Source of the DNA: an uncultured Acidobacteriota bacterium
GTDB lineage: Bacteria; Acidobacteriota; Blastocatellia; Pyrinomonadales; Pyrinomonadaceae
NCBI GenBank assembly: GCA_963748145.1
Contig: CAVVHR010000008.1
Location: 40,695 to 104,694, forward strand
DNA length: 64,000 bases
Reading direction: 5' to 3'
The position numbers and the translations under genes are program-made. The notes under the pieces were generated by a model. The model did not search any database. It saw only the letters and a program-made list of their open reading frames with translations, and was not told the DNA's origin. Below, one piece after another: positions 20,203 through 30,300 of the stretch (positions are counted from its first letter, which is position 1; every line of letters starts with the position of its first letter).

Positions 20203-20481
20203 TTAACCTCCACTCACCGACGGCAAAATCGTGATTTCGCTGTTCTCGGGCAACTGCGTGTTCAGCAGTTCTCGGCGACGAATGTTTTCGTCTTCGATAA
20301 ACACGTTGACATGCATGCGGACCTCGCCGCGTTCGGTCAACACGCGATCGCGCAGGCCGGGATGAATCTGCCACAACCGATCCAGCGCCTGGCCAACAGT
20401 CGACGGCGAAGCGTCGAGCTCGATCACGTGCTTGCCGCCCGTGAAGTCGGTCAGGAAACCGGAAACGTTGATCGTGGTCAC
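20203..20481 (-). CDS. MoaD/ThiS family beta-grasp protein with C-terminal Gly-Gly
   Basis: It ends ...ITILPSVSGG-stop. The GTG start overlaps the upstream stop (GTGA). Confidence 0.7.
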   Translation of the reverse strand: MTTINVSGFLTDFTGGKHVIELDASPSTVGQALDRLWQIHPGLRDRVLTERGEVRMHVNVFIEDENIRRRELLNTQLPENSEITILPSVSGG

Positions 20482-21209
20482 GGCAGAATTCCTTCCGGCA
20501 CCGTCCACGGATGAATCTGAATCGCCAATCGTCCTGCCTGGACGGAAGGGTCGGTGGCGGCGAGCGCACGCGCCTCCTCAATCGAGTTGACCTTGAAGAC
20601 GAATAGGCCGCGCAACCGGCCGTTGTCGCCGAACGGTCCAGCTACCACCAATTTCTTCATGTCAGCAAGTTTTTGAATATTGTCGAGGTGTGCTTTTTGA
20701 AGCGCTTCGGTTGCGGGGGTCCTTTCCGGTGTCCACTTATCGCCGCGCGTCAGAAAAGCGAGATACGCGGTGGTGAATTTAGCCGGCGGCGCGGTCGTCT
20801 TCTTCATGACGTCTTCAGACCACCAGGGATGCAACTCCGGAACGAGGTACCCTGCCGCAACCGCCGGGTCTTCATTCAACCAGCCCGTGGCTTCCTCTGC
20901 CGACTTCGCGCGAAAGATGTGCACTTCAATCAGCTCGGTATCCTCACTAATCGCTCCAGCGATCATCAGCTTGTTTGCTTCGAGCATCGACCGAAGGTGA
21001 GCGACGTGACGTCGTCGCATCTCCGCCCGTTCTCTGCTCGGATCCGGCGACCACTTGGGCCCGCGCTTCATCAACGCCACCTGAAACTGAAACATGTTGG
21101 GTGGCATCGATTGCGGCGTTTGAGGTTGTTTGTTGTGGTCCTGTGCGTTCACCAGTGAACAGCACACGACGATAGCAAGTGAGATTGTTAAGAAGAGTTT
21201 CATTTTCAT
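20478..21209 (-). CDS. Secreted protein with two YciI-like domains
   Basis: Signal peptide MKMKLFLTISLAIVVCCSLVNA. Two repeats resemble the YciI/DGPF fold (…GPKW…HL…L…AG…HPWW/HPWT). Confidence 0.7.
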   Translation of the reverse strand: MKMKLFLTISLAIVVCCSLVNAQDHNKQPQTPQSMPPNMFQFQVALMKRGPKWSPDPSRERAEMRRRHVAHLRSMLEANKLMIAGAISEDTELIEVHIFRAKSAEEATGWLNEDPAVAAGYLVPELHPWWSEDVMKKTTAPPAKFTTAYLAFLTRGDKWTPERTPATEALQKAHLDNIQKLADMKKLVVAGPFGDNGRLRGLFVFKVNSIEEARALAATDPSVQAGRLAIQIHPWTVPEGILP

Positions 21210-22333
21210 TTAATCACTGAAGCTTTCACACAAACGACTGGCGGCAAACCTTCGGCAATCGATTGCCACGATTCACCGGCGTTGTTCGATCCAAACAGTT
21301 TTCCGTTGCGCGTGCCGAAGTAAACACCTGCGGGATTCAAATCATCTGATGCCATTCCGTCGCGCAACACAGTCTCGAATGCGTTTTCCTGCGGCAGTCC
21401 ATTCGTCAACGGTTGCCACGATTCACCGGCGTTGCGCGTGCGATAAACGCGTAACTTCGCTTCCGGCGTGCAGCGGAACTCATCCGACTCCAGCGGAATG
21501 ATGAAAACTGAGTTCGCATCGTTCGGATCGTTCACCATTGCAAAACCAAAATCGGAAGGGACGCCGTTTGCGATGTCGGTCCAGGAGTCGCCACCATCGT
21601 CGCTGCGATAGAGTCCCCAATGGTTCTGCAAAAACATTCGTTGCGGGTTCGAAGCGTGGCTGACGATTTTGTGAACACACTGTCCAAACTCAGGATAGCG
21701 ATGTTCGGGCGGAAGAAACTCTGCGCGCACGCCGGCGTTGCGAGGATTCCAGCTCGCGCCGCCATCGTCAGTGCGATAGACGCCGCCGGTCGAGATCGCG
21801 ATGTGCATCCGATCTTTGTTCGAAGGATCCGGCAGGATTGTGTGCAGACAAAGACCGCCACCACCCGGTTGCCACTGCGGCCGGTGTGGATGATCGAAAA
21901 GTCCTTTCACCAGCGACCAGCTCGCGCCTGCATCGTCAGAGCGAAAAAGCGCCGCTGGCTCAACTCCGCAGAAGAGCGTATCGGGCTCGTCTGAATGTCC
22001 CTCTTCGATCTGCCAGATCTGCTTTAACGAGGTCTCACTGTCTTCGGGAAACTTGATGGCGTAAGCCTCGGGTTCGGTCCACTCGCGTCCGAAGTTGTCG
22101 GACGTGCACAGATAAGAACCCCAGTACGAACTGTTCACCGCAGCCCAGACTCTATTTCTTCCGTTCCGTTGATCGTGTGCGAATGCATAGATGGCGCGTC
22201 CGGGAAAATAAGGTCCTCCGACGGTCCAATCAGAGCGGCTGGCATTCGAATTGAGCAAAAAAGCGCCCTTCGTCGTGCCGACCATTAGCAACACATCGCC
22301 GGACTGTGCATCTATATGATTGGTTTCTGGCAT
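21206..22333 (-). CDS. BNR/Asp-box repeat protein (sialidase-like or Ycf48-like beta-propeller)
   Basis: Repeated SxDxGxxW boxes: SDDAGASW, TDDGGASW, SDDGGDSW, NAGESW (twice). Confidence 0.75.
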   Translation of the reverse strand: MPETNHIDAQSGDVLLMVGTTKGAFLLNSNASRSDWTVGGPYFPGRAIYAFAHDQRNGRNRVWAAVNSSYWGSYLCTSDNFGREWTEPEAYAIKFPEDSETSLKQIWQIEEGHSDEPDTLFCGVEPAALFRSDDAGASWSLVKGLFDHPHRPQWQPGGGGLCLHTILPDPSNKDRMHIAISTGGVYRTDDGGASWNPRNAGVRAEFLPPEHRYPEFGQCVHKIVSHASNPQRMFLQNHWGLYRSDDGGDSWTDIANGVPSDFGFAMVNDPNDANSVFIIPLESDEFRCTPEAKLRVYRTRNAGESWQPLTNGLPQENAFETVLRDGMASDDLNPAGVYFGTRNGKLFGSNNAGESWQSIAEGLPPVVCVKASVIK

Positions 22334-22493
22334 TTAAAAGAAACTCCGGAGACGGTAGAACGTTAAAGAAACCGCTGGGAACTCGCGGATTATAGCCTGC
22401 CAATTGCCAAACGCGAATCAGGGGTTTGTGGTTCCACGACTCTCGGGTGCGCGTGTTAAGATTCCGGTCACTTGACCACAAGAGGTTACGCCC

Positions 22494-24482
22494 ATGAAGA
22501 GATTATTCATCCTGACCCTCGCCTTCGCACTGTTCTACGCCGCGGCATCGCCGGCGCTCGCGCAGGAGCAGCCAACACAGAAACCGACGGAAGAAGAGTT
22601 GGAAAAACAGAAGGCCGAACGGGAGAAGAACGCCTACCGGCTGTTGGATCAGGTGATTGATGAGGCGCAATCGCTGCGGTTAACGGAAAACCGAGTTCGC
22701 GTGCAGATAAACGCAGCCGACGCGCTGTGGGACAAGAACCAGGGCCGTGCGCGTTCGCTCTTTACGATGGCTGCCGACGGTATCGCAGAACTCACGCGAA
22801 ATCCGCAAACGAGTGGTCGCCCAACCTCAGGACCGAATCCGGACCGTCGCGCTTTTCAACTGCGACAGGAATTGGTCCTCGCCGCCGCGAAACACGACGC
22901 TCAACTCGCGTATCAGTTACTCGCAACTACTAAACCGGCCGTTCCCGTTGCGCAGAACACCAACCCGGTCGGGCCGCGTCAGCCAATGGTCGACCCCGAA
23001 GACAATCTCGAACAGATGCTGCTTGGCCGCATCGCAGCGCTCGATCCCAAGCTGGCCGCCCAGAACGCCGAGCAGATGATGGAGAAGGGCCAGTTTCCAC
23101 GATCACTCACCGAAGTGATAGCTCGTTTGTCGCAACAGGATCCGGAAGCGGGAGCGAAGCTTGCCGACAAGACAGTTAAGAAAATTCAGGCGTCAAACAT
23201 CTTGACGAACAACGAGGCTGCAATGCTCGCCCAGCAGATGTTGAACGCCGGTATTCGCCAGCCGCCGGCCGACACTGCTCCTGTGAATCCATTACCGGCA
23301 GGCGTGCAGATGCCACGAGGACCAGTTCTCGAACAATCAGCTTACGTCGATCTGTTGTCGGCTGTGATCGATGCGGCGTTGAAAGTTTCCCTGCCGTCCC
23401 AGAATCCGCAGCAGCGGCCTGCCACGGCAGGAGCGGGAGCCCCGCAACGCGCACGTCCTCAGGGTCCAAACACACAACCGGCAGTCGTCGTAAACAGGCC
23501 CGGTGGACCAACCCCGGAACAAACCGAACAGATGAACGCGCGACGACTGCTCGCCGCCATGATGATCGCCATGCCGGTGATCGAACAGCAACTTCCCTCG
23601 AAAGCGCAGGCAGTTCGTCAGAAGCTCACTGAATTGGGCATCGGCAATCTTGGGAACCTGGGCCAACCTGCTCCTTTCCCATCCGGAACTCCGACGGCCG
23701 ATGCTCTCGTCCAGGCTGCGGTCAACGCTCCGCCACAAATGCAGACTCGTCTGTACCAGCAAGCCGCTTTCAGAGCTCTCGAAGAAGGAAACACCGATCG
23801 CGCGCGCCAGATCGCCACGGACCATCTGCCGGCCAACACGCGCGAATCCGTGCTTCAGCGCATCGAGTTTCGCGAGCTTGTGAAGAAAGCTGACGGCGCT
23901 CGGTTCGAAGAGATCCGGCAAGCGGTAAACCGCTTGCAAACGGATAACGAGAAACTCGAACTGCTCCTCCAGCTCGCCGGCGAAGCACAGAAAACTAATC
24001 AGAAACTCGCGATTCAGTTGCTGGAAGACGCCCGGCAACTCACCAATCGCCGCGCCACCAACTACGATAATTTCAATCAACAGCTTCGCGTCGCGCACGC
24101 ATATATCGCCGTCGATCCCGCGCGTAGTTTCGAAGTGCTCGAACCGGGGATCGGCCACCTCAACGAACTGCTCTCGGCGGCGGCGATCCTGAACGGTTTC
24201 GAGATCAGCATGTTTCGCGACGGTGAAATGACGATGCAGGGCGGAAGCGGGCTCACTTCCACGATAACTCGATTCGGTCAGGAACTTGCCAGTCTCGCGC
24301 GCACAGACTTCGAGCGCGCCGACACACTCGCAGGACGGTTTCAAATGACTGAACCACGAATCATGACGCGACTCCTGATCGTCCAGGGGCTGCTGAATCC
24401 GCCGCGCATCGATCAACGATCAGGCACCTTGCCCGTCAACGTCGGGCGAGTGAGAGAAAACGTCAACATAGCGCGACCGTAA
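22494..24482 (+). CDS. Secreted hypothetical protein, largely alpha-helical
   Basis: 662-aa intact ORF with signal peptide MKRLFILTLAFALFYAAASPALA. I recognise no domain. Confidence 0.6.
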   Translation: MKRLFILTLAFALFYAAASPALAQEQPTQKPTEEELEKQKAEREKNAYRLLDQVIDEAQSLRLTENRVRVQINAADALWDKNQGRARSLFTMAADGIAELTRNPQTSGRPTSGPNPDRRAFQLRQELVLAAAKHDAQLAYQLLATTKPAVPVAQNTNPVGPRQPMVDPEDNLEQMLLGRIAALDPKLAAQNAEQMMEKGQFPRSLTEVIARLSQQDPEAGAKLADKTVKKIQASNILTNNEAAMLAQQMLNAGIRQPPADTAPVNPLPAGVQMPRGPVLEQSAYVDLLSAVIDAALKVSLPSQNPQQRPATAGAGAPQRARPQGPNTQPAVVVNRPGGPTPEQTEQMNARRLLAAMMIAMPVIEQQLPSKAQAVRQKLTELGIGNLGNLGQPAPFPSGTPTADALVQAAVNAPPQMQTRLYQQAAFRALEEGNTDRARQIATDHLPANTRESVLQRIEFRELVKKADGARFEEIRQAVNRLQTDNEKLELLLQLAGEAQKTNQKLAIQLLEDARQLTNRRATNYDNFNQQLRVAHAYIAVDPARSFEVLEPGIGHLNELLSAAAILNGFEISMFRDGEMTMQGGSGLTSTITRFGQELASLARTDFERADTLAGRFQMTEPRIMTRLLIVQGLLNPPRIDQRSGTLPVNVGRVRENVNIARP

Positions 24483-24511
24483 CAACACACGTTTCGAACA
24501 AGGGGAAACTT

Positions 24512-24742
24512 TTGTCCAATAACTTCATCGCCAGGCGATTCACCGATTCGATCGAGAAACCGGAGATACCGCCTGTAACACCACACGATCCGTCTGAACC
24601 GGAGAAACCGAATCCTGAGCCAATCCCCTTGCCGCCGGACACGGATCCGCAACCGTCAGTACCTGTGCGCGAACCCGACACGCCGCAACCGATTATCGAT
24701 CCGACACCCCCTGAGCCAATACGACTAATCGGCGTGCGATAG
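24512..24742 (+). CDS. Small proline-rich hypothetical protein
   Basis: TTG-start ORF. The P/E/D-rich sequence is (PEIPPVTPHDPSEPEKPNPEPIPLPPDTDPQP...). Coding status is uncertain. Confidence 0.3.
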   Translation: MSNNFIARRFTDSIEKPEIPPVTPHDPSEPEKPNPEPIPLPPDTDPQPSVPVREPDTPQPIIDPTPPEPIRLIGVR

Positions 24743-24764
24743 ACCACAGGAGAGCTCTGCGGGT

Positions 24765-25376
24765 TTGCCAAAACTAATCCTTCTCTCGACGACAAGCTTT
24801 GTCCTGCGGACATTCCTGCGATTAGGTATGCCCGGACTGTTTCTGATGAGCGCCCTTGACTCGTCGTTCCTGGTCCTGCCGTTTGGCAACGACCTACTAC
24901 TCATCGCGCTCGTGAGTTCGAATCGTGAGAGTTTGATCTGGATCGCTTACGTGCTTGTTTCCGCGGTTGGTTCGCTGCTCGGCGTGTTCGTGGTCGATTT
25001 GCTGATGCGCAAGGCCGGCGAGAAAGGGTTGGAACGTTTCGTCAAACCAAAACGGCTCGAAAAGCTGAAACAGAAGCTCGAAAACAAGCTCGGCATCACT
25101 GTGTTTGTGGCGACGATCCTGCCGCCGCCGTTTCCTTTCACGCCGGTGATCATGACCGCGTCGGCGTTGCAGTGTTCGCGTCAGAAGCTGTTCGGCGCTG
25201 TCTTCGTGGGCCGAATACTACGTTACACGGCGGAGTCGATTTTGGCCCTATATTTTGGCCGTCGGGTGATTGCTTATTTCAACTCCGATGTCGTTTCGTA
25301 TTTCGTCTACGCGCTCGTCGGGCTGGCTGTCGTCTTGAGCACTTTGTCGTTGCTTCGCTGGCTCAAGCGGTCATAA
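24765..25376 (+). CDS. YqaA/DedA-like (SNARE-associated) membrane protein
   Basis: 203 aa, multi-TM, with LPFGNDLLLIAL and ILPPPFPFTPV motifs. The start is uncertain (TTG 24765 or ATG 24828). Confidence 0.6.
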   Translation: MPKLILLSTTSFVLRTFLRLGMPGLFLMSALDSSFLVLPFGNDLLLIALVSSNRESLIWIAYVLVSAVGSLLGVFVVDLLMRKAGEKGLERFVKPKRLEKLKQKLENKLGITVFVATILPPPFPFTPVIMTASALQCSRQKLFGAVFVGRILRYTAESILALYFGRRVIAYFNSDVVSYFVYALVGLAVVLSTLSLLRWLKRS

Positions 25377-25479
25377 AAATTCCATGATTTAAGAGGTGAA
25401 TCTCGGGGTTCCGAATTCCGAAACCCGGGTGTCTCGTGTAGAATCCGCAAGCAAAAAACTCCTGAAGGGAGCCCGCAGC

Positions 25480-25713
25480 ATGCCAGAGAGACGTGGTGTC
25501 CAGGCCACTGAAGAGGTAAAAGCAGAATGGTCCACTGCCTACAAGTTTTATTTAAGAGCCCCAGGTGACAGATTCGACAAAAAGAAAGACAGGACCGCCC
25601 GGATCGATTACGTAGCCCAGGAAATGAAACTGACTCGCAAGCAAGCAAAACGCCGGATTAGAAACTACGAGGCGTGGCAGCGAAATATTAAGAAAGGAAT
25701 CGCAGCGCCGTAA
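25480..25713 (+). CDS. Small basic hypothetical protein
   Basis: GGGAG lies 8 nt upstream of ATG 25480. 77 aa, rich in K and R. Confidence 0.35.
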   Translation: MPERRGVQATEEVKAEWSTAYKFYLRAPGDRFDKKKDRTARIDYVAQEMKLTRKQAKRRIRNYEAWQRNIKKGIAAP

Positions 25714-25737
25714 TTATTCTTGACCCGGTTTCGAAGC

Positions 25738-26319
25738 TCAGCGTGCGCCGTTCGATAGCCGCTTGGTCCAACTTACAAGCTCAGACAATAGTTGCTGGAC
25801 CAGTTTTTTAGATGTTTCGTCAGTTAGCTTTCCCTCCTGGTCGAAGCGTGTATGCGCGTTTGAGACCATGACCTCCGGCTGATTTACTGGGTACATGTTG
25901 AGAAACACGAATGTCTGCCGCAGGTGATACTGCGCGCGTGACGTGCCTTGCGCGCCGACTGAAGCGCCCATGATCGCTACTGGCTTTCCGGTCCAGGCGC
26001 TGTCGCCGTATGGGCGGGAAGCACAGTCGATCGCGTTCTTCAGGACCCCGGGAATGGAGTAGTTGTATTCGGGAGTTACGATGAGAATGGCGTCGGCGTC
26101 GCGAATGCGCTGCTTGAATTCGGCGACTTTCGGATGCGGGTTCGCTTCCTCGTCCTGATTGAACGGCGGCATGCCGTCCAGTTCGAACGTCTCGATCCGC
26201 GCGCCCTCGGGCGTCAACTCCTGCGCCGCTCGCAACAGCCAACGGTTGAACGATTCCTTACGCAGACTTCCGGCTATTCCAAGGATTACAACTGGCTCAC
26301 TCACAACATCCTCCCGCAC
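25738..26319 (-). CDS. NADPH-dependent FMN reductase
   Basis: ILGIAGSLRKESFN...IVTPEYNYSIPGVLKNAID, the family signature. Confidence 0.85.
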   Translation of the reverse strand: MREDVVSEPVVILGIAGSLRKESFNRWLLRAAQELTPEGARIETFELDGMPPFNQDEEANPHPKVAEFKQRIRDADAILIVTPEYNYSIPGVLKNAIDCASRPYGDSAWTGKPVAIMGASVGAQGTSRAQYHLRQTFVFLNMYPVNQPEVMVSNAHTRFDQEGKLTDETSKKLVQQLLSELVSWTKRLSNGAR

Positions 26320-26339
26320 GATCAGTATATGTGGGAATT

Positions 26340-26603
26340 CTACACCGATCTGACGGGTGTGACGCTGGTGTCGCGAAGGACGTAATGGTTAATTGAGGTT
26401 TCGGTGATGATTTCCGCCATCTGGAACTTGCGCAGCACCTCTGGCGGCCAAACACGGCCGGAGCGGCCTTCACGGACGGTCGCGTGATTCACGCGCATAA
26501 ACGCGTCCGTCGACGGCACGGTGATTCTCGGTTTCACGAGGGCAAATCGTGTGAACGAGAGCAGTCGATTTTTTTGAGCTAATACTTTCAATTTGGCACC
26601 CAT
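26340..26603 (-). CDS. Hypothetical protein (possibly part of a longer frameshifted ORF reaching about 26682)
   Basis: Open frame 20 nt upstream of the FMN reductase. A protein-like segment also appears in the overlapping ORF 26470..26682. No recognised domain. Confidence 0.25.
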   Translation of the reverse strand: MGAKLKVLAQKNRLLSFTRFALVKPRITVPSTDAFMRVNHATVREGRSGRVWPPEVLRKFQMAEIITETSINHYVLRDTSVTPVRSV

Positions 26604-26686
26604 ATGTTGAACTGATCAAACGCCTTTCTTCCCTAAAGGCAGTCTCAATCAGTTCAGGTTTCCAGCTTTTTCTTGCGTGCAAAACG

Positions 26687-26712
26687 AAAGGGGGCGCCGG
26701 AGCGCCCCTTTT
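26687..26712 (-). terminator. Rho-independent terminator (bidirectional shape)
   Basis: GGGGCGC-CGGA-GCGCCCC stem-loop flanked by AAAACGAAAG and TTTT, 27 nt downstream of the minus-strand gene ending at 26737. Confidence 0.65.
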
Positions 26713-26736
26713 AGCCGCAGGTTTAGCTAAACGTCC

Positions 26737-27174
26737 TTACCACCGGCGAGGCCAGCGGTCGTTGCGGCGATACGCGGAGCGCTGGAAGCCCTCACGGTAT
26801 CCCTGAATGAACGCATCGCGGAACACCTGCCGGTACTGTCCCCTATTGCCGTAATAGGAGCTGTACCCCTGAGTCCCGTCGCGGTAGTAACGCGAACGCT
26901 GCGGATTGAAGCTTTGTCCGCGCTGTGCGTCCGCAGCGCCGACGTTCATGCCGTAGCTGTAGCCCTGTTGACGGGCCACCTGGAATCCGTTGTTACGGTT
27001 CCAATCACGATCCCGGTAACGATCGTTACGGTAACGATCATTGCCATAGCGATCGTTACGATCGCGGTACTGCGCTTGAGCAGTAGAACTGGCGACTGTG
27101 ACTACGATGCCAAACAGTAGGAAGAATGCCAGTAAGTAACCACCAGTTTTCATACTCGAGTAATTCAGTTTCAT
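26737..27174 (-). CDS. Secreted low-complexity R/D/N/Y-rich protein
   Basis: A signal or anchor segment is followed by YRDRNDRYGNDRYRNDRYRDRDWNRNN repeats and a Q/G/Y/R-rich tail. The start is uncertain (27210, 27174 or 27153). Confidence 0.5.
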   Translation of the reverse strand: MKLNYSSMKTGGYLLAFFLLFGIVVTVASSTAQAQYRDRNDRYGNDRYRNDRYRDRDWNRNNGFQVARQQGYSYGMNVGAADAQRGQSFNPQRSRYYRDGTQGYSSYYGNRGQYRQVFRDAFIQGYREGFQRSAYRRNDRWPRRW

Positions 27175-27314
27175 TTTCTCGAAAACCTCCCCTGCCAGAG
27201 GGTTTGGCAAGTGCCGTGCCTTTCGAGAAATACTTGTTAAATGCGCGTAAATATGAGAGTTGCTTGAGGAGATAACACGATATCGTGCGGTGGTTTAACG
27301 AACACGAATTACGA

Positions 27315-30300
27315 TTAAGCCGGGCGGCGTAAGTAGGAGCGGAGTTCCGGACGGGTTGCTTTACGCACCAACGCGGCCTTTGCTTTCCACTCCAGTGCGC
27401 GACTCAGTTCGATGAGGAAACGAGTCTCGCCGGATTCGAGTGCAGCGATGGGAGCGCCGTCGTGGTAGAGGATGCGATTGCCCGTGTGCGCGGTGATGCG
27501 ATTCCCGGGCGTGATGATGCCGGCGAGGTTCAACGGATCGGCGGCACTGACGGAAATCATGCTCTCCTGCGCACCTTCGCGACGAATCGAGCGCAACATG
27601 CCCACCGCTTCCGGCAGTGCGAACTGTTCACCCGAGATGCCTGCAACGAAGCGTCCGCCGCGAATTTCGCCGCGTGCTTCGAGTCGATGATAGACGCGTA
27701 ACAGCACACGCCACGGCACTGCGATTCCTTCGCGTTCAAGCAGGCGTTTGAAGACGACGCCGTAACGTTTCATCAGCACCCACGCGACTTCTTCAGCTAA
27801 TTGGTGATCAGATGGTTTCTGAGAGGAAGCGTTTGCGGCTGACGGTGCGCGTTTGAGTATGGACCAGCGTCCGGCGGTCGCCATGTCGTAAACCGGTTGC
27901 CGGTGTTTGCGTCGCGCGGCTGCCTGCGTTTTGCGGCTGCCGGGCGTCAGCAGCGCGCGTAGTCCTGTGAAACTGTCGGAAACGACGACGCCGTTCGCGA
28001 CGAGTTCTGCCAGTGCTTCTTCAACCTGGCTGCGCAGCAGTTCGGTGTTCTCGACGATGTCGGTGAAGAACGATGCGCCGCGTTGTGCAGGTAGTCGTAG
28101 ACCAACTTGCGTCGTGGTCGAAAATTCGTGTCGATGCGTTTGGCTGTGATGACTGTGGGAACACCGCGTTCCAGAGCGCGAAGTTCTTGCGTCGCAACAG
28201 TGCGATCGGCGTGTTTCGCACCGGGCCGGATCCGCGCGATCTATCGCCGCCGTTAGTTGCGGCGCGAACGGGCGATGGCGCCGGAGGTGTTAGCCGCGCC
28301 CAAACAACTTCACCGCGACAAACACAGCGCGTCGAGCCACGCGGGATCGTATTCGACGAGTCGCGCCGGAAGGAGTTCGCCTTCCCAGGCGGCGGCAGGC
28401 GCTTCGAAGCCTTCGAGTTGATCGATGATGGCGCGAACACTTTCCGGTCCTTCCATCTGGTGCTCCGGAGCAACCTTTTGCCACGCGAGCAGGAAGCGGA
28501 TGAAGTCGGCGAGGAGACTGGTTCGATCTCCTGGCGCAGACGATTCAGTGTGTAGCTATGGATGCGGGCGAGCAGACGCCGCGCGCACCACTCGGTTTCA
28601 GTCGTGCCGGGTGTGAAGCGTCCGCGAATAACGAAGCCTTCCGCTTCGAGTTTAGCAGGCCGGTTTCGATCTCCAACTTGGTCAGACCTGAGTGACTGAG
28701 ACTAAGTGCGTCGACAGTGACTGGTCCGAGACCTTCCAAACGTCCACGCAGGACTTCGACCAGCGCGTCCTCGACGGTCCACGCGGTTCGCGAGACGCTT
28801 TCGGGAGCCGTGATCGGCGGTTCCAGCTCGCGATTTGAAAAGATGACTAGAAGTTGGGGAAGCCGCTCTGCCGCGACCCAGAGGTTTATCGTATTAAGAA
28901 CTGCCGCACGGCGATCGGTTTTTAATTCCTGCGAAATACTCTTGCCAATTCACACCCTCTTCTTCAGTTAAAAACCCGAGCTCAACCAGCGCGTCGTGCA
29001 GCTCGTCAGCATTTCGTGGCTCGGGCCAAACTTCCTCACGCACGCGATCGATGGCCGCCTGGTCCAACTTGCCGATGTCGCTCGCAGTTTCGGGATCGAG
29101 CCAGCGACGCTGAAACACCGCGCGGGTGCGACGCTCTTCGAGCGGAGCATCGTCGAGATAGGCGTACGGCCGCGCGTTCAGAATTTCCTGCGACAACGGC
29201 GAGGCTTCGATCACGTCGCGCGCGAACAGGTTCTTCTCGTTGCGCTCGATCGAGGTCAACAGTTGCTCAAGTCCGTCGATGTCCATCGCCTCTTCGAGAC
29301 AGTCTTTGACGGTCTGGTCCACGAGCGGATGCGACGGAATTTCCCGTTCGCCACCCGCGAGGTTTTCCGCACACGCCACCTGATCGGGGAAGATGGCCGT
29401 CAACAGATCTTCGGCGTCCATTCGCTGCAACTGCGCCGGGATCTTCTTCCCGCCGCGACGCCGCAACACCGCCAGCGAGCGCGTCGACGTTCCAGCGCCA
29501 GCGAATGTTCCACATCGGCGCGTCGAGCAGCGCCTGGCACAGCAAGCTGGCGCACTGTTTTCGAATTCAGATAATGGAAAACGTCGTCGAGCGGAAAACT
29601 GTGCGTTGGACCAAGCGAGAGCACGATCGCATCTTCAGTCGCCGCCGCCTGCAATTCGAAGTTGAACTTGCGGCAGAAACGTTTGCGCAACGCCAGGCCC
29701 CACGCCCGATTGAGACGACTGCCGAAACGGCGAGTGCAAAACAAACTGCATGCTGCCGCTGTCGTCAAAGAATCTTTCGAGAACGAGGTTCGTCCTGCGA
29801 CGGCATCACGCCCAGCACGATCTTCGCACCCGCGAGATACTCAACGATCTGTTCCGCTGCCGATTCTGATAGACCGACTTCGCCCGTCAGCCAATCGATT
29901 GCGGACCCGAGCGTCGGGTTCTCGACGGTCGACTCGTGCCGCGACGCTCTTCTCTCAATCGCGACACCGACGTCGACAACTCATGCGAACGTGCGGGCGC
30001 CTCACCCAGCCAGAACGGAATCGACGGCGGTTGTCCATGCGCGTCTTCGACGCGAACTTTCCCCTGCTCGACTCGCAACACGCGCCACGAAGTGTTGCCC
30101 AACTGAAAGATGTCGCCTTGCAAGCTCTCGATCGCGAAGTCTTCGTTGACCGAACCAATCACAAGGTCGCTCGGCTCGAGTACGACTGCGTAATCGGCCG
30201 TATCGGGAATGGCGCCACCGGACGTAATCGCTGCGAGGCGTGCGCCACGCCGTCCGCGCAGTCGTTTGTTGACCGCATCGTGATGCAGATACGTCGAGCG

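Noticed and set aside
23337-24416. 359-aa ORF on the minus strand
   Set aside because: It lies entirely antisense to the intact 662-aa secreted protein gene (22494..24482). It has an R/S/L-rich shadow-frame composition typical of GC-rich DNA and no recognisable motifs.
24463-24813. 116-aa Gly/Ser-rich minus-strand ORF
   Set aside because: It is the complement of the proline-rich plus-strand ORF. It has no start context or motif and is a low-complexity shadow.
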